From IMG/VR virus record IMGVR_UViG_3300049460_000196, positions 1 to 64,000 of that record: a stretch of 64,000 bases of DNA; one strand, 5' to 3'. A program made the translations under genes and the position numbers. The first letter of the stretch is position 1, and every line of letters begins with the position of its first letter. The notes beneath the pieces are model-generated. The model ran no database searches. It was not told where the DNA came from and was given only the letters and a program-made list of their open reading frames with translations. This DNA comes from a virus. Of this stretch, positions 20,707-30,501 are shown in pieces.

Positions 20707-20885
20707 TACATGATCTCTTCAAAAATTTCCAACTCGTCGACATCACGACGCTGTTTCTCGTAATGTGCGATAACCTTTTGACGAGCTTCTTCTTTGCTGT
20801 CAGCACGCACCACATGATGAAACTTCTCACCACCGGCTGGTTCGGTAAAGAAACCGCTCGAGGTTCCCACGGCAAAGTATAACAT
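20706..20885 (-). CDS. 59-aa hypothetical protein, paralog-like to 20497..20706 (below ORF-track cutoff)
   Basis: MLYFAVG..VRADSKEEARQKVIAHY..IFEEIM versus VEGVDEEDARDILEKHY; GAGG RBS. Confidence 0.55.
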   Translation of the reverse strand: MLYFAVGTSSGFFTEPAGGEKFHHVVRADSKEEARQKVIAHYEKQRRDVDELEIFEEIM

Positions 20886-20896
20886 AGCAACCTCGA

Positions 20897-21184
20897 CTAT
20901 TTCTTCATGGATTCATCGACCGAACATTTGATGGGCTTGGCCGGCTTCATCATGAAGCTGCTCCAGGTCCATTCACCCTTGGTCGCACAGGAGGCGTAAA
21001 CATCAGTGGTTGCTAGGTGGAAAGCCGTGAACGAACCGGCGAACAGCGCGAATACAACCAGCAGCGTCAGCAGCCACATGGGCACCAGACTTTGCGGGTT
21101 GGTGCTATGACGCACGGGCATGGCGGGGAGATGTTTCGGAGGCTTCACCTTGAAGCCTTTGATGCTTTTTTTACGCCAGTTCAT
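20897..21184 (-). CDS. small membrane protein
   Basis: one hydrophobic segment. Confidence 0.55.
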   Translation of the reverse strand: MNWRKKSIKGFKVKPPKHLPAMPVRHSTNPQSLVPMWLLTLLVVFALFAGSFTAFHLATTDVYASCATKGEWTWSSFMMKPAKPIKCSVDESMKK

Positions 21185-21685
21185 TGTTTTCCACCAGTTC
21201 AGCGAGTTCCATGTTCCGCATGACGCGCAGCATCAGCGGGCTAATTTCGGCCTTGTTGGCCGGCTCAGGAGGGGCAAGAACGATCCGCTCAGTTACGGAT
21301 TCACGTGCGTTCAGGACCAACACAGTCTTTGCAGTATTCATCACACCCTCCTGTTGTTCATGTACCAATTATATGGCAACTTGTTCAAATGAATCAAGCA
21401 GTTTCTGGAAAGAATGCTTGATACATCGTTGCCAGATCAGCTTCGGTGCGGCCACGCCAGTATTCAACTGGACGGCCGTAAGTGGACCAGCAGATGATGC
21501 CCTGGCTATCACCAACACCCATAGTCGAACCTTCGTCGGATTGTTGAGCCATATGACCATTAAGGTCCCAGTGGTCTGCACTCCAGATACCGCCCATGCG
21601 ATGGTTGGCCTCGCGTAGTTTACCATGTTCGCGAATATGGTCATACAGCTTTTGCAGTTGATCGAGGGTGGTCATGTTGATCTCC

Positions 21686-22060
21686 TTAAATGGTAGCGGC
21701 CAAGTGGGACAGAGTGCGCACCATAGCGGCACCAGGTGCAAAGTCGGGACGTTTCATCGCATATACTTCGTAGAAGTCAGCAGCAAGTTCCAGGAAGGCC
21801 ACAACGTCAGCTTTGGGGCCGTAAATTTCCATCGTGTGCTCGCCGCCATTGTGCGGGTAACCGGAACTGGAAAGCTCGGCGCCAGCCGGCTTGTTTTCGT
21901 AGACAAAAGACGGCAGAAGGTCACTGAGGATGCGATTGCTGTAGTAGAGGTGTCCAACGATCAGACCCAGGGGATCACGTTGAGCGTCGGTCATGGTGAC
22001 GCCAATACTACCACGGACATTGTTCAGCTTGCGTACACGATCTTGACCACGATATTGCAT
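21686..22060 (-). CDS. hypothetical protein
   Basis: AGGAG RBS and promoter. Confidence 0.65.
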   Translation of the reverse strand: MQYRGQDRVRKLNNVRGSIGVTMTDAQRDPLGLIVGHLYYSNRILSDLLPSFVYENKPAGAELSSSGYPHNGGEHTMEIYGPKADVVAFLELAADFYEVYAMKRPDFAPGAAMVRTLSHLAATI

Positions 22061-22115
22061 AACTGCTCCTGTTCATTTAACCATGTTCCTATTATGTAGC
22101 TAAATGAACAAAAAA

Positions 22116-22667
22116 TCAACTATAGAATAGGTCAGTTCGAAGGACGAATTTCTCGCCGGCTGTCACTTGCCGACCCTCATGCCAAACATTGTGTTCAAAC
22201 AACAACACATCGCCAGCTCGGGGTTGAATAACAATGTGAGACCAAGCTTGCGAGACACCATATGGCATCAACACAGTTTCGCCACCCTGCGCATCATTGA
22301 GGTAGAAAAGCACCGTGATCTCACTCTCAAACTCACCATCCTGGAATGATCCATCTTTGTGTGGTTTGAAGTACTGACCCGGCGTATAGCGGTACATGCG
22401 GAAATGCGTACCAGCTTTCGCGTAATCTTTGTTGGCAAATACATGAGGGAAATCATCCCCAAGTGCAATCATGAGCTTATTCTGGAGTTCGACAGCCAAT
22501 ACATGATCATCAAACTCCAGACGCTCATTATTCCTGACTTGCGTCATCATGGTCTGATCGCCATAGTGATTCACCTTCGCGGCCTCAAACCCTTGCTTGA
22601 GACCACGATCAATAAGACGCTGACACTCTTCAGCGCTTAATAGTCCGGTGATATGACGATGCCACAT
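22116..22667 (-). CDS. 2OG-Fe(II) prolyl-hydroxylase-like oxygenase
   Basis: RMYRY..GQYFKPHKDG, FYLND..GGET, HEG, K.VLRTD. Confidence 0.9.
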   Translation of the reverse strand: MWHRHITGLLSAEECQRLIDRGLKQGFEAAKVNHYGDQTMMTQVRNNERLEFDDHVLAVELQNKLMIALGDDFPHVFANKDYAKAGTHFRMYRYTPGQYFKPHKDGSFQDGEFESEITVLFYLNDAQGGETVLMPYGVSQAWSHIVIQPRAGDVLLFEHNVWHEGRQVTAGEKFVLRTDLFYS

Positions 22668-22669
22668 GA

Positions 22670-23371
22670 TTACACGCTCAGCAGTTCAACGTCAAAGATC
22701 AACGTGGCATCTGGTGGAATAACACCACCAGCACCACGCGAACCGTAACCCAGTGCTGAGGGGATAATCAGCTGACGTTGACCGCCGACTGCCATACCCT
22801 GCACACCTTCATCCCAGCCACGAATAACAAAGCCGGCACCCAAGGTGAAGGCAAAAGGATCGTTGCGATCTTTGCTGGAGTCAAACTTGCGACCTTTGCT
22901 GCCATCGGCATTTTGCAGCCAGCCCGTATAATGCACGGTCACATTCTGACCCGAACGAGCAACCGGGCCGCTGCCTGTGACCATATCCTTGATGCCTAGA
23001 CCCGATTGCAGGATCAACACACCGTCTTCCGCTGGACCCGACGTTTCATCCTGGATGCCGTTGTGTTTCTTCAACGACGAAATCCATTTGCCGCCCTTAG
23101 CACGAGCGATTTCGATCAGGTCTTCTTCCGTGATGTCTGGGTTATGGCGGTAGATCAGATCCAATACAGCCAGGATGGTATCCACGCCTTCGCCCACTAC
23201 GCCGTCAGAACTTGGTTGCTTGTATGAATGACCTTCAACGATGGCCACTTCCTGAGCCAGTTCACCCAGTTCCGAAGTGGCATGAGCCAAAACAGAATAA
23301 CGAGTACGATTGGGATCGTACTTGTCGCCCTGATGGCATGCTTCCAGAATGGTGGTAACTAGAGTAGTCAT
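22670..23371 (-). CDS. MazG-like NTP-PPase domain fused to FKBP-type peptidyl-prolyl isomerase
   Basis: SELGELAQE..GEGVD; VHYTGWL, FDSS, VIRGWDEG, IPSALGYG, IPPDATLIFDVELL. Confidence 0.9.
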   Translation of the reverse strand: MTTLVTTILEACHQGDKYDPNRTRYSVLAHATSELGELAQEVAIVEGHSYKQPSSDGVVGEGVDTILAVLDLIYRHNPDITEEDLIEIARAKGGKWISSLKKHNGIQDETSGPAEDGVLILQSGLGIKDMVTGSGPVARSGQNVTVHYTGWLQNADGSKGRKFDSSKDRNDPFAFTLGAGFVIRGWDEGVQGMAVGGQRQLIIPSALGYGSRGAGGVIPPDATLIFDVELLSV

Positions 23372-23416
23372 ATGCGTCCTTGTAAAACCACAGTATAGTG
23401 GTAAATGAAAATTAAA

Positions 23417-23770
23417 TCAAGTCCTGGTCCCAAACCAAATATCAATGTTTGGACTGTCACTCCAGGTATAGCCTTTTTTGAGAGCCGTGGTCTTACGAAT
23501 CCCACTCGATAGCTCGTCAAAGGAAAACACATCTGTGAGGAAACGCAATTTGAAGATGCAAGCGAGACCATCATCCTTAAATGTGACTGCACTGTATTGC
23601 ATCTTGGGCTTATATTCTGGTGGAACTGGTGCTGATGCGAATGAACAAGCGGTGAGCGTCCATTCGTCCGGATCGCAAGTCTCGCGCAACCATTTGAGCA
23701 TGGGCTTGGCAGTCTTGCGTTCTAAAGCTATGATGAATTGTGGGGCACAGCTAAGTGATATCTTGCTCAT
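23417..23770 (-). CDS. hypothetical protein
   Basis: GGAGG RBS. Confidence 0.6.
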   Translation of the reverse strand: MSKISLSCAPQFIIALERKTAKPMLKWLRETCDPDEWTLTACSFASAPVPPEYKPKMQYSAVTFKDDGLACIFKLRFLTDVFSFDELSSGIRKTTALKKGYTWSDSPNIDIWFGTRT

Positions 23771-23800
23771 ACAACCTCCGTGAGGCCATATTATACAACA

Positions 23801-24955
23801 TCACCCCACTTTAGTCATGGTGAATATGGCTTCCCGGCAACCATATAATTCAATGTTCCGCTCACCAGCAATCTCAGTGAAATCCTTGTCACGAAGGCCA
23901 TACGAAATGCGATAACGGCCAGGTGTCACATCAAGCTCGAAGCCCTCCATTTCATTTTCGATCCACTCTTCAATCACATCATCAGTCTTGTCACCATGGT
24001 GAGATTGCAACAATCCACTCAATACCTGATAGTCAATGACACTTACGGCCCACATTTCACAACACACTGTACCCTGATCACAGGCAGTCATGTCGTAATG
24101 CTCAGTGTCAGTCTCGTTATCCCACCACGAACCATCACCAATGTTGAACACTAGGTGATCCGTATTCTCTTCCTCGGCACTGAATACATGGACGGAACAA
24201 TTGCCACTTGGCAACAAGATCCAACCCTGACTGGCATAATGCTTAACACGCTCATTATGACTCCACGACGTATCTATGGAGAAATCCTTTGTGTCGACTG
24301 CTTCCCGGAAACCGGGAATACGGAACCAATCATTCATCAACAGACGACCCGTTGGAAGGTCGATCTCAAACTCCCGGTAACCAGACTCTGGTGGCAAATC
24401 AGGCATGGCCTTGAAGACATTGCCCTCATTGGTACCCCAAACAGGAACCCAATCCTGTATGTCAAGCCAAATAACTTCACCAGTACGATCACACTTACTA
24501 CTGAGCGATGTGGTGAACCACGTGTAATTGCCACTATCCATACTTGCAATCAACGACTGGTATTTGTCCTTGAATGGATTCTTGGTGTGATGCGACACCA
24601 TCAATTCATAACGCAAATACTTGATGAACGCAGACAATACCGGTTTGGTCAACTCCGAGTTGAGGCTCTCTTCCCAAGCATAACCGATATGCCGCTCGCG
24701 ATCACAATGATTGGCAATGGGTTTAAACACCTTGTCAGCAAACAATTGACTGATGAAAACCCGTACGGGCTCTCGACAAGTCTCATCCCAATTCTTACTC
24801 ATCGCATCATACCAAACTTGCATGGCAGGATCATTAGACGGAACTGTCGGACGAGGATTGAAGTCCTCAAAGGTGATCACACGCACAAATTGCAAATACG
24901 AAAAATACTCACCAAATGATTTCATCGCTTGATCGCTATCATGATAACAACACAA
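23801..24955 (-). CDS. hypothetical protein
   Basis: long ORF; start probably MKSF. Confidence 0.7.
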   Translation of the reverse strand: MCCYHDSDQAMKSFGEYFSYLQFVRVITFEDFNPRPTVPSNDPAMQVWYDAMSKNWDETCREPVRVFISQLFADKVFKPIANHCDRERHIGYAWEESLNSELTKPVLSAFIKYLRYELMVSHHTKNPFKDKYQSLIASMDSGNYTWFTTSLSSKCDRTGEVIWLDIQDWVPVWGTNEGNVFKAMPDLPPESGYREFEIDLPTGRLLMNDWFRIPGFREAVDTKDFSIDTSWSHNERVKHYASQGWILLPSGNCSVHVFSAEEENTDHLVFNIGDGSWWDNETDTEHYDMTACDQGTVCCEMWAVSVIDYQVLSGLLQSHHGDKTDDVIEEWIENEMEGFELDVTPGRYRISYGLRDKDFTEIAGERNIELYGCREAIFTMTKVG

Positions 24956-25377
24956 CCACTCTCCTGATCACTTACCGTCATACCATGCGTACTCGTATGT
25001 TCAAACGAATACACGGCACCAACCTCTACTACCTGATGATCTATACGACCCGGCGAAGACTCACAGGTGATAATATTCAACCCAGGTGGCAAAATAACTG
25101 GCACAATATAAGTCGTGGTCTCAAAGACTAACGGATCCAATAAGTCAACATGCGGCTCCGCTCCACGACACACAGAAAAATACACGTAGTCCAAACGAGT
25201 TGATTCAATGCCAATCAACTCACTGATGTCTTTCATCAACTGGCTGGCTATAGCATCAGTCAATGTACGCTTCTGGAAACGAGCAGGCGAACTTGTACGG
25301 TAATTCAATAACTTGATCGAATCAGCCGCAATAGTCACGGCCTCAGGAATAACCACTTGACCGTGACTGGTAATCAT
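24922..25377 (-). CDS. putative cupin/2OG-Fe(II)-like protein
   Basis: PHVD ... F.H...HG facial-triad-like pattern. Confidence 0.5.
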   Translation of the reverse strand: MITSHGQVVIPEAVTIAADSIKLLNYRTSSPARFQKRTLTDAIASQLMKDISELIGIESTRLDYVYFSVCRGAEPHVDLLDPLVFETTTYIVPVILPPGLNIITCESSPGRIDHQVVEVGAVYSFEHTSTHGMTVSDQESGCVVIMIAIKR

Positions 25378-25820
25378 TTGGCAATCAACCCAACAACCAT
25401 CTCGTTGACCTGAGCACCATCAAACCGACCCTTGAACTCCTGCTTGATGAAGCCCATCACAACACCACGATCCTTGGCCGTAATCACCTCGCCAAACTTG
25501 GCAACAACCGCCGCACGAATAACCGCAATGTCTTCCATGACCACACGGTACAAAGCATACACGGCAACCTCAGCACGCTTAACCTCGATCTCCGCTGCAT
25601 TGGTAATGTCCTGCTCCAATACAGCAATAACCTCATGGCACGAATCGGTAAACGACTTCAACTTGCCCTGGATTACTTCCACCTCAGGCAACGACTTCGC
25701 CTGCGATAACGCATTCTGCACGTCACCAATCAATGGACGCAATGTGTCACGCTTAAACACATCCTTGGCTAACATGGCTTGCTTCAACTCATCTTTCAAC
25801 TGCTGTAACGTAACACTCAT
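25374..25820 (-). CDS. GatB/YqeY domain protein
   Basis: LKDELKQAMLAKD..RDTLR, KDRGVVMG..K..FKGRFDG. Confidence 0.85.
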   Translation of the reverse strand: MSVTLQQLKDELKQAMLAKDVFKRDTLRPLIGDVQNALSQAKSLPEVEVIQGKLKSFTDSCHEVIAVLEQDITNAAEIEVKRAEVAVYALYRVVMEDIAVIRAAVVAKFGEVITAKDRGVVMGFIKQEFKGRFDGAQVNEMVVGLIAK

Positions 25821-26013
25821 ATTCTTCCCCCTTAAAATCATTACTCTAATACAACCAATGATCCAACCCATCAAGAGATGTTCGATATCATAAAATACCA
25901 TTCTTCACGAATTCTTGAGGAAATGTGTCAAAAACAATGACCTCTATGTCGTAAACTCCAGGTAGGTTTTTTAAAACTTGATTGATTTCTGACACATTCC
26001 ACAATTCCGCATA

Positions 26014-26280
26014 TCAGGCCAATGCGGTCAATCCCCACATCAAAATGCACTCGACGAGTAATCCCTCATCGTCGAATCGAATCTTGATCCCATGACGATA
26101 TGACGCGGTATCAACACTAGCCCAACAGCCTCGCTCCTGTATCCAATCGGTAACTTCTGGCAGCAACTTGGCGGTCACCATTTCCCGCGTGGCGCCAGTC
26201 ATTATGTCACGAGTCCGAACAAAGTAGTTCCCTGTATATTTCCTTGGGAACTCGTACCACTTTGTCCAGACCCGCTCCAT
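26014..26280 (-). CDS. hypothetical protein
   Basis: coupled to rpoZ. Confidence 0.55.
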   Translation of the reverse strand: MERVWTKWYEFPRKYTGNYFVRTRDIMTGATREMVTAKLLPEVTDWIQERGCWASVDTASYRHGIKIRFDDEGLLVECILMWGLTALA

Positions 26281-26504
26281 TACTTGATGTTGCGCAGCAG
26301 TTCACGGCCCACATTGCCAGCGGCGATTTCGCGCAGGGCGGTGACTGGTTCACGGCTGGTGGTGGTGATGGTGGCCTTGTGGCCATTGTACAGCTGACGT
26401 ACACGCTGGCCAGCAGCCAGGATGAGTTCGAAGCGGTTAGGAATTTTTTCGATTGCGTCTTCGATTTTCAGACGGTCGTATTCGTGTTGGGTAACTGGTT
26501 CCAT
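26280..26504 (-). CDS. rpoZ: RNA polymerase omega subunit
   Basis: IEDAIEKIPNRFELILAAGQRVRQL..G, PV.ALREIAAG. Confidence 0.92.
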   Translation of the reverse strand: MEPVTQHEYDRLKIEDAIEKIPNRFELILAAGQRVRQLYNGHKATITTTSREPVTALREIAAGNVGRELLRNIK

Positions 26505-26585
26505 AATTGCTCCTTGTTGTAGAAGCCATATGGTAACAGCTATGGTGCCAGTTATCAGCCTGGCTTTTTCAAGTATTGTGATTTC

Positions 26586-26936
26586 TCACTTAGGAGCTGG
26601 GCGCTTTGCCTTTTTCCCAAGTGGCCTTGGGACAGTGTAGTCATGCAACCAGAATGCGGTCTTGTAACAACGCATCCAAACCAGGATGTGCATGAGAGGA
26701 TGAGCCACGATATTATGGAATGCCCAGACGAATTTGGGCCAGTGCATTCTAAGCCCTTCAAACGCGCTAGGCTTGACACTCATCACGAGTTCGATAGCTC
26801 GTAGCTCCGTGGCTTCAAAAGACGCACCATTGACAAGCTCGCCCCTTACAATCAAGTCCTGGAGTTGGGAGATATCCAGAACTCGAATGTCTTCTGGACG
26901 AAAGACCAACTTGTCACTCATCAGCCACTGGTTCAT
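26586..26936 (-). CDS. hypothetical protein
   Basis: HNIVAHPLM..WLHD.T motif. Confidence 0.65.
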   Translation of the reverse strand: MNQWLMSDKLVFRPEDIRVLDISQLQDLIVRGELVNGASFEATELRAIELVMSVKPSAFEGLRMHWPKFVWAFHNIVAHPLMHILVWMRCYKTAFWLHDYTVPRPLGKKAKRPAPK

Positions 26937-27303
26937 TTACATCTTTCAGGAAGAGAGCCCGGAACAAACATGCGAAGATCAGACCACCCACTATACCGTA
27001 AGCACCTGACCCAATGAGCATAGCTGGATCTTGGTACAGGTCGGGTATCTGCTCTTGAACCTGATGTCCGAATGTGATCATGATTGTACCAAGCACCATC
27101 ACGCAGGAGCTCATGATTATAAGTGTGTCGTATGGGAGGTTCACGAACGAAATCACCCGCAAGAGCAACATGGGCATCACGCCCAACACCACCAGGAAGA
27201 ACCCCAAGGGCTTGTCTGTATCACAGATGTGTGCGCCCAACATGACAACCACCATGCAGATCCACCAGATGATTTGATAATGATTTTCGTTATACTTTAG
27301 CAT
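26914..27303 (-). CDS. membrane protein (~4 TM)
   Basis: hydrophobic segments. Confidence 0.6.
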   Translation of the reverse strand: MLKYNENHYQIIWWICMVVVMLGAHICDTDKPLGFFLVVLGVMPMLLLRVISFVNLPYDTLIIMSSCVMVLGTIMITFGHQVQEQIPDLYQDPAMLIGSGAYGIVGGLIFACLFRALFLKDVNEPVADE

Positions 27304-27649
27304 CGGCTGGGCTCAGAAAAGATTTGTCGGTTGGTAGTAAGCTGGGGTTGATATCCTGAAACGCAATCAATTCGCCCCTGCCAGTTTTGTGCTTGTCGAT
27401 GAAGTCGTTGATGCACCGAAAAATGCCGCGACTTTTCTGCATGACCTGCAACAGAGTGATCTTATTGTCCATGAACAATTTCAAGTTTTCACTCGAAATT
27501 TCAATAGCATGCCAGATGATCATTTTCGGTTCGTCATCAACCCAGGACACGATGTAGTGAGCATCCTGGGCCGTATAATGACTTAGCACTGGACCGTCAT
27601 ACCATATCAGTATTTCGGCCTCGTGCATATTCTTGGCGAACAGGATCAT
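27290..27649 (-). CDS. hypothetical protein
   Basis: YDGP motif; coupled ORF. Confidence 0.6.
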   Translation of the reverse strand: MILFAKNMHEAEILIWYDGPVLSHYTAQDAHYIVSWVDDEPKMIIWHAIEISSENLKLFMDNKITLLQVMQKSRGIFRCINDFIDKHKTGRGELIAFQDINPSLLPTDKSFLSPADAKV

Positions 27650-28914
27650 GCTGAAACCAGGCCGCCCGTTTTCTGTTTCAGATCGAAGCGCTCGTTGATG
27701 AAGTGAATGACCTTCAGTGCTGGAGTATTACGATTGAACACGATGTTCGGGCCGTGTTTGTCCAAGTACACCATCTTCAACTTGTCGCCGTCACCCAGGT
27801 CAAACTCTTGCAGGTGACCGCTGGTGTTCTTGCCGCACTCATGGCTACCACATTCGTTCGGCCACTGATCCGCCTTGGGCACGTCAGCCTCGTCTTTTGG
27901 TGGGCAGTGGAAGTGAACGATGCAGTCCGCTTCCTGATGCTCACTGAAGATGATACGTTGGCTCTGACCACCAACCGACGGTTTGCGGCCATAGGCCAGC
28001 ACCGTGTTGGCATCCTTGCTGACGACTTTCACCAGGCCGATTTTGTTCAGCTCGTTGAAGTTAGTTTTGCGGGCCGAGGTCAGGAACGTGGTGTCATCCA
28101 CCTTGACCGCAAAGTGACCAGCAGTTTTGCCCAAGAATGGCTTGTATGCGCCGTTGTTGATGCAGTGGTTCACAACTTGACGCAAATTCTGCGGGACATC
28201 TTCGCTATTCCAAGGCACAGCGGCCCCGTCGACCACCGTGCTGCGGGTGAACGTGTTTTGCATCCGGGAGATCATCATCTCCACCAGGATGTTCAACGCA
28301 CCTGTGCGGTCGGTGCTGTTAGCGTATTGGGTTTCTTCGGGCGCGATCACGATGTTATTGCGGGTCGTGAGGTCGTTTGCGAGCACCAGGTTCAGGCTGT
28401 TTTCTTTCAGTAGCTTGAGGCCCAGGGCGTATTGATCTTCTGGGGCTTTGCCCGTCGTGGTCTTGAAGCCGACGACGAAGATGTCTTTGCGCTTTTCACG
28501 AATGCGCGAGATCAGCTTGGGCTTTGCCGTCAGGTTGATGGTCAGGTCACCGCGTTTGCTTTGCAGGCGTTCCGCACGTTGGCCGCTGGGCTGGTTGTCA
28601 ACCATACCTTCGAAGTCTGCGAGGGCGACGTTGAACATGATCGCCTTGGTGTCCGGATCAGCGATCAGCTTGGTCAGCAGTGCATCGACGTCTTCGTTGG
28701 TCGTCATCGTGCTGTTGCGCGGATCCGCCATCTTGGTCAAGTGCAGCTTGACGTCGAAGTTTTCATTGCCGATTGGCAGATGTTTGAGTTCACTTTTTAC
28801 CAGTTCATGGAGCTGGATGGCCGTGTTGCCGAAAGCTGGCATAGCCAGAGCGAGGTGGGCACGAACATGACTGAACGTACCGCCGCCGAGAATGTGAATG
28901 GTTTTCATGTTCAC
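27646..28914 (-). CDS. CoaB/DFP-like domain fused to class II aldolase/adducin-like domain
   Basis: ILGGGT..VR, ALADF, PKLI, VVGFK, LVLANDL; then GHFAVK..FLTS, KPS, IVHFH, HG. Confidence 0.75.
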   Translation of the reverse strand: MNMKTIHILGGGTFSHVRAHLALAMPAFGNTAIQLHELVKSELKHLPIGNENFDVKLHLTKMADPRNSTMTTNEDVDALLTKLIADPDTKAIMFNVALADFEGMVDNQPSGQRAERLQSKRGDLTINLTAKPKLISRIREKRKDIFVVGFKTTTGKAPEDQYALGLKLLKENSLNLVLANDLTTRNNIVIAPEETQYANSTDRTGALNILVEMMISRMQNTFTRSTVVDGAAVPWNSEDVPQNLRQVVNHCINNGAYKPFLGKTAGHFAVKVDDTTFLTSARKTNFNELNKIGLVKVVSKDANTVLAYGRKPSVGGQSQRIIFSEHQEADCIVHFHCPPKDEADVPKADQWPNECGSHECGKNTSGHLQEFDLGDGDKLKMVYLDKHGPNIVFNRNTPALKVIHFINERFDLKQKTGGLVSA

Positions 28915-28917
28915 TCC

Positions 28918-29160
28918 TTAGTAATCAGGGCCGGTGATTTGGCATTCAGTAAGCTTGTGGGAATCCAGGAAGGCGACGAGCATCTTGTCCAGCTCTGCTT
29001 CGCTATCCTGATAATCAACTCGCTTGAACGTCAGGAGCGGTTCGCACTCAGGGAAGAATTCGTCTTCGACCTGCATGCGTGCTTCTGCTTCGTCAACGTT
29101 CAGAAAGGTTTGGGCGAACTTTGACAGCTCGTCCACGCCAGTTGTGTTCGTTTTCCGCAT
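28918..29160 (-). CDS. hypothetical protein
   Basis: AGGAG RBS and promoter. Confidence 0.6.
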   Translation of the reverse strand: MRKTNTTGVDELSKFAQTFLNVDEAEARMQVEDEFFPECEPLLTFKRVDYQDSEAELDKMLVAFLDSHKLTECQITGPDY

Positions 29161-29246
29161 AATTACTCCTTGAATGAAGAACTGATACTATACAGGAGTC
29201 CTTCATTTAAGTCAAACGAACATGGTTATCAGTTATTCAGTGAATG

Positions 29247-29609
29247 TTATATCAAATCCACAACCGCATAGTGCGGCGCGGCTGGTTCACAGATGAGATC
29301 AAACTGTTCAATGATGGTATCATCATTTACATAGAGCCGTAGGCTCACATTACCGTCATGTACTCCGCTGGTCCATATCGAATCTTTCACGAAGCCGAAA
29401 TACCAAGGACGTTGATCTTTGACGCCGTTGCCTGCCAATTCCAACATAGGATGTTGAATTGGTCCCAACTTAGCTTGAAGGTCAGCCACCACTTGAAATA
29501 ACAGGTGTGCGGGAATCGTTATGCCAAATGCCCGCTTGGTTTTTGCACTACGCTCGATTCTGAATATGTGATATTGCTTCAGGATGTTTTCCGCACAAGC
29601 GTCATTCAT
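29247..29609 (-). CDS. hypothetical protein
   Basis: similar to neighbour (AFG..LYVND). Confidence 0.6.
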   Translation of the reverse strand: MNDACAENILKQYHIFRIERSAKTKRAFGITIPAHLLFQVVADLQAKLGPIQHPMLELAGNGVKDQRPWYFGFVKDSIWTSGVHDGNVSLRLYVNDDTIIEQFDLICEPAAPHYAVVDLI

Positions 29610-29908
29610 GCAGTCACCTCAATGCAGTGATTAGCAGTCAGGCTATCGGCCAATGTCACGTCATTAACATACACTTTAAAGTTGCAGGTATTTGCACCAG
29701 CTCCACCACCAAAGCGACTAGTGACGGTCTCGAGTGCTATGAAATAGTTGGGCATTTTCACACCTGGATACTTGGCTGTCTCCACCAGAGTTTCATCGCC
29801 CAGCATGGCAATCAGGGCATTGACTTCTGTGAAGAAGTTATCACCAGTCAGAGTTCCTTTGAAGCCGAAGAGTGCCTTTTGGCAGCGTTTCATTTTAGTA
29901 AGTTGCAT
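29606..29908 (-). CDS. hypothetical protein
   Basis: LFG..VYVND; tandem paralog-like. Confidence 0.6.
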   Translation of the reverse strand: MQLTKMKRCQKALFGFKGTLTGDNFFTEVNALIAMLGDETLVETAKYPGVKMPNYFIALETVTSRFGGGAGANTCNFKVYVNDVTLADSLTANHCIEVTA

Positions 29909-29929
29909 GGGTTCTTATTGTTGTTATTG

Positions 29930-30289
29930 TTACCACTTGCCATCAGTCACATGCTGGGCCCATTCGTCAAGCGCTTTCTTGAATTCTTTTTCCGCCAGAT
30001 CACGTTTCTCATTCGAGCTAAACACCATCGAACCTGAACGCGAATCTTTGGCATTGCCAATCAACCATAGACGTTCGGTTTGAATGTCCATACGCGAGTC
30101 AGAGATGATATCGTAACCATTGCTGGCCTCGAAGGTATGTCTCCCCTGATATTCATCAGTGTGTGGTTCATTGATGGTGTCTGGGTCTTGATACGGGATA
30201 TCAAATGTGAGGCGGCGAGTAGTCTTGATCAGATGATATTGCATCAAGATCTTGCTACCGTCAGGAGAAAGAAGATATGTCGGGTGCAT
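29930..30289 (-). CDS. hypothetical protein
   Basis: ORF. Confidence 0.55.
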   Translation of the reverse strand: MHPTYLLSPDGSKILMQYHLIKTTRRLTFDIPYQDPDTINEPHTDEYQGRHTFEASNGYDIISDSRMDIQTERLWLIGNAKDSRSGSMVFSSNEKRDLAEKEFKKALDEWAQHVTDGKW

Positions 30290-30458
30290 GTGTTATCAAG
30301 TAGATGACTGGCAATATGCCATATCATGCAGCCACGATAACAAGGAAACTTGATTGACACAAAATACAACAAAGAGGATATTTCAACTCCCCTAGTACCT
30401 GTTGTCATACTAGATGTCATACGACGCACTGGTGACGAACCATGACGTCTATAGTCGT

Positions 30459-30488
30459 AAAAAAGCCCGGGACGTCCCGGGCTTTTTT
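30459..30488 (-). terminator. intrinsic terminator
   Basis: AAAAAGCCCGGGACGTCCCGGGCTTTTTT. Confidence 0.85.
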
Positions 30489-30501
30489 ATCACCGAAGTG
30501 A

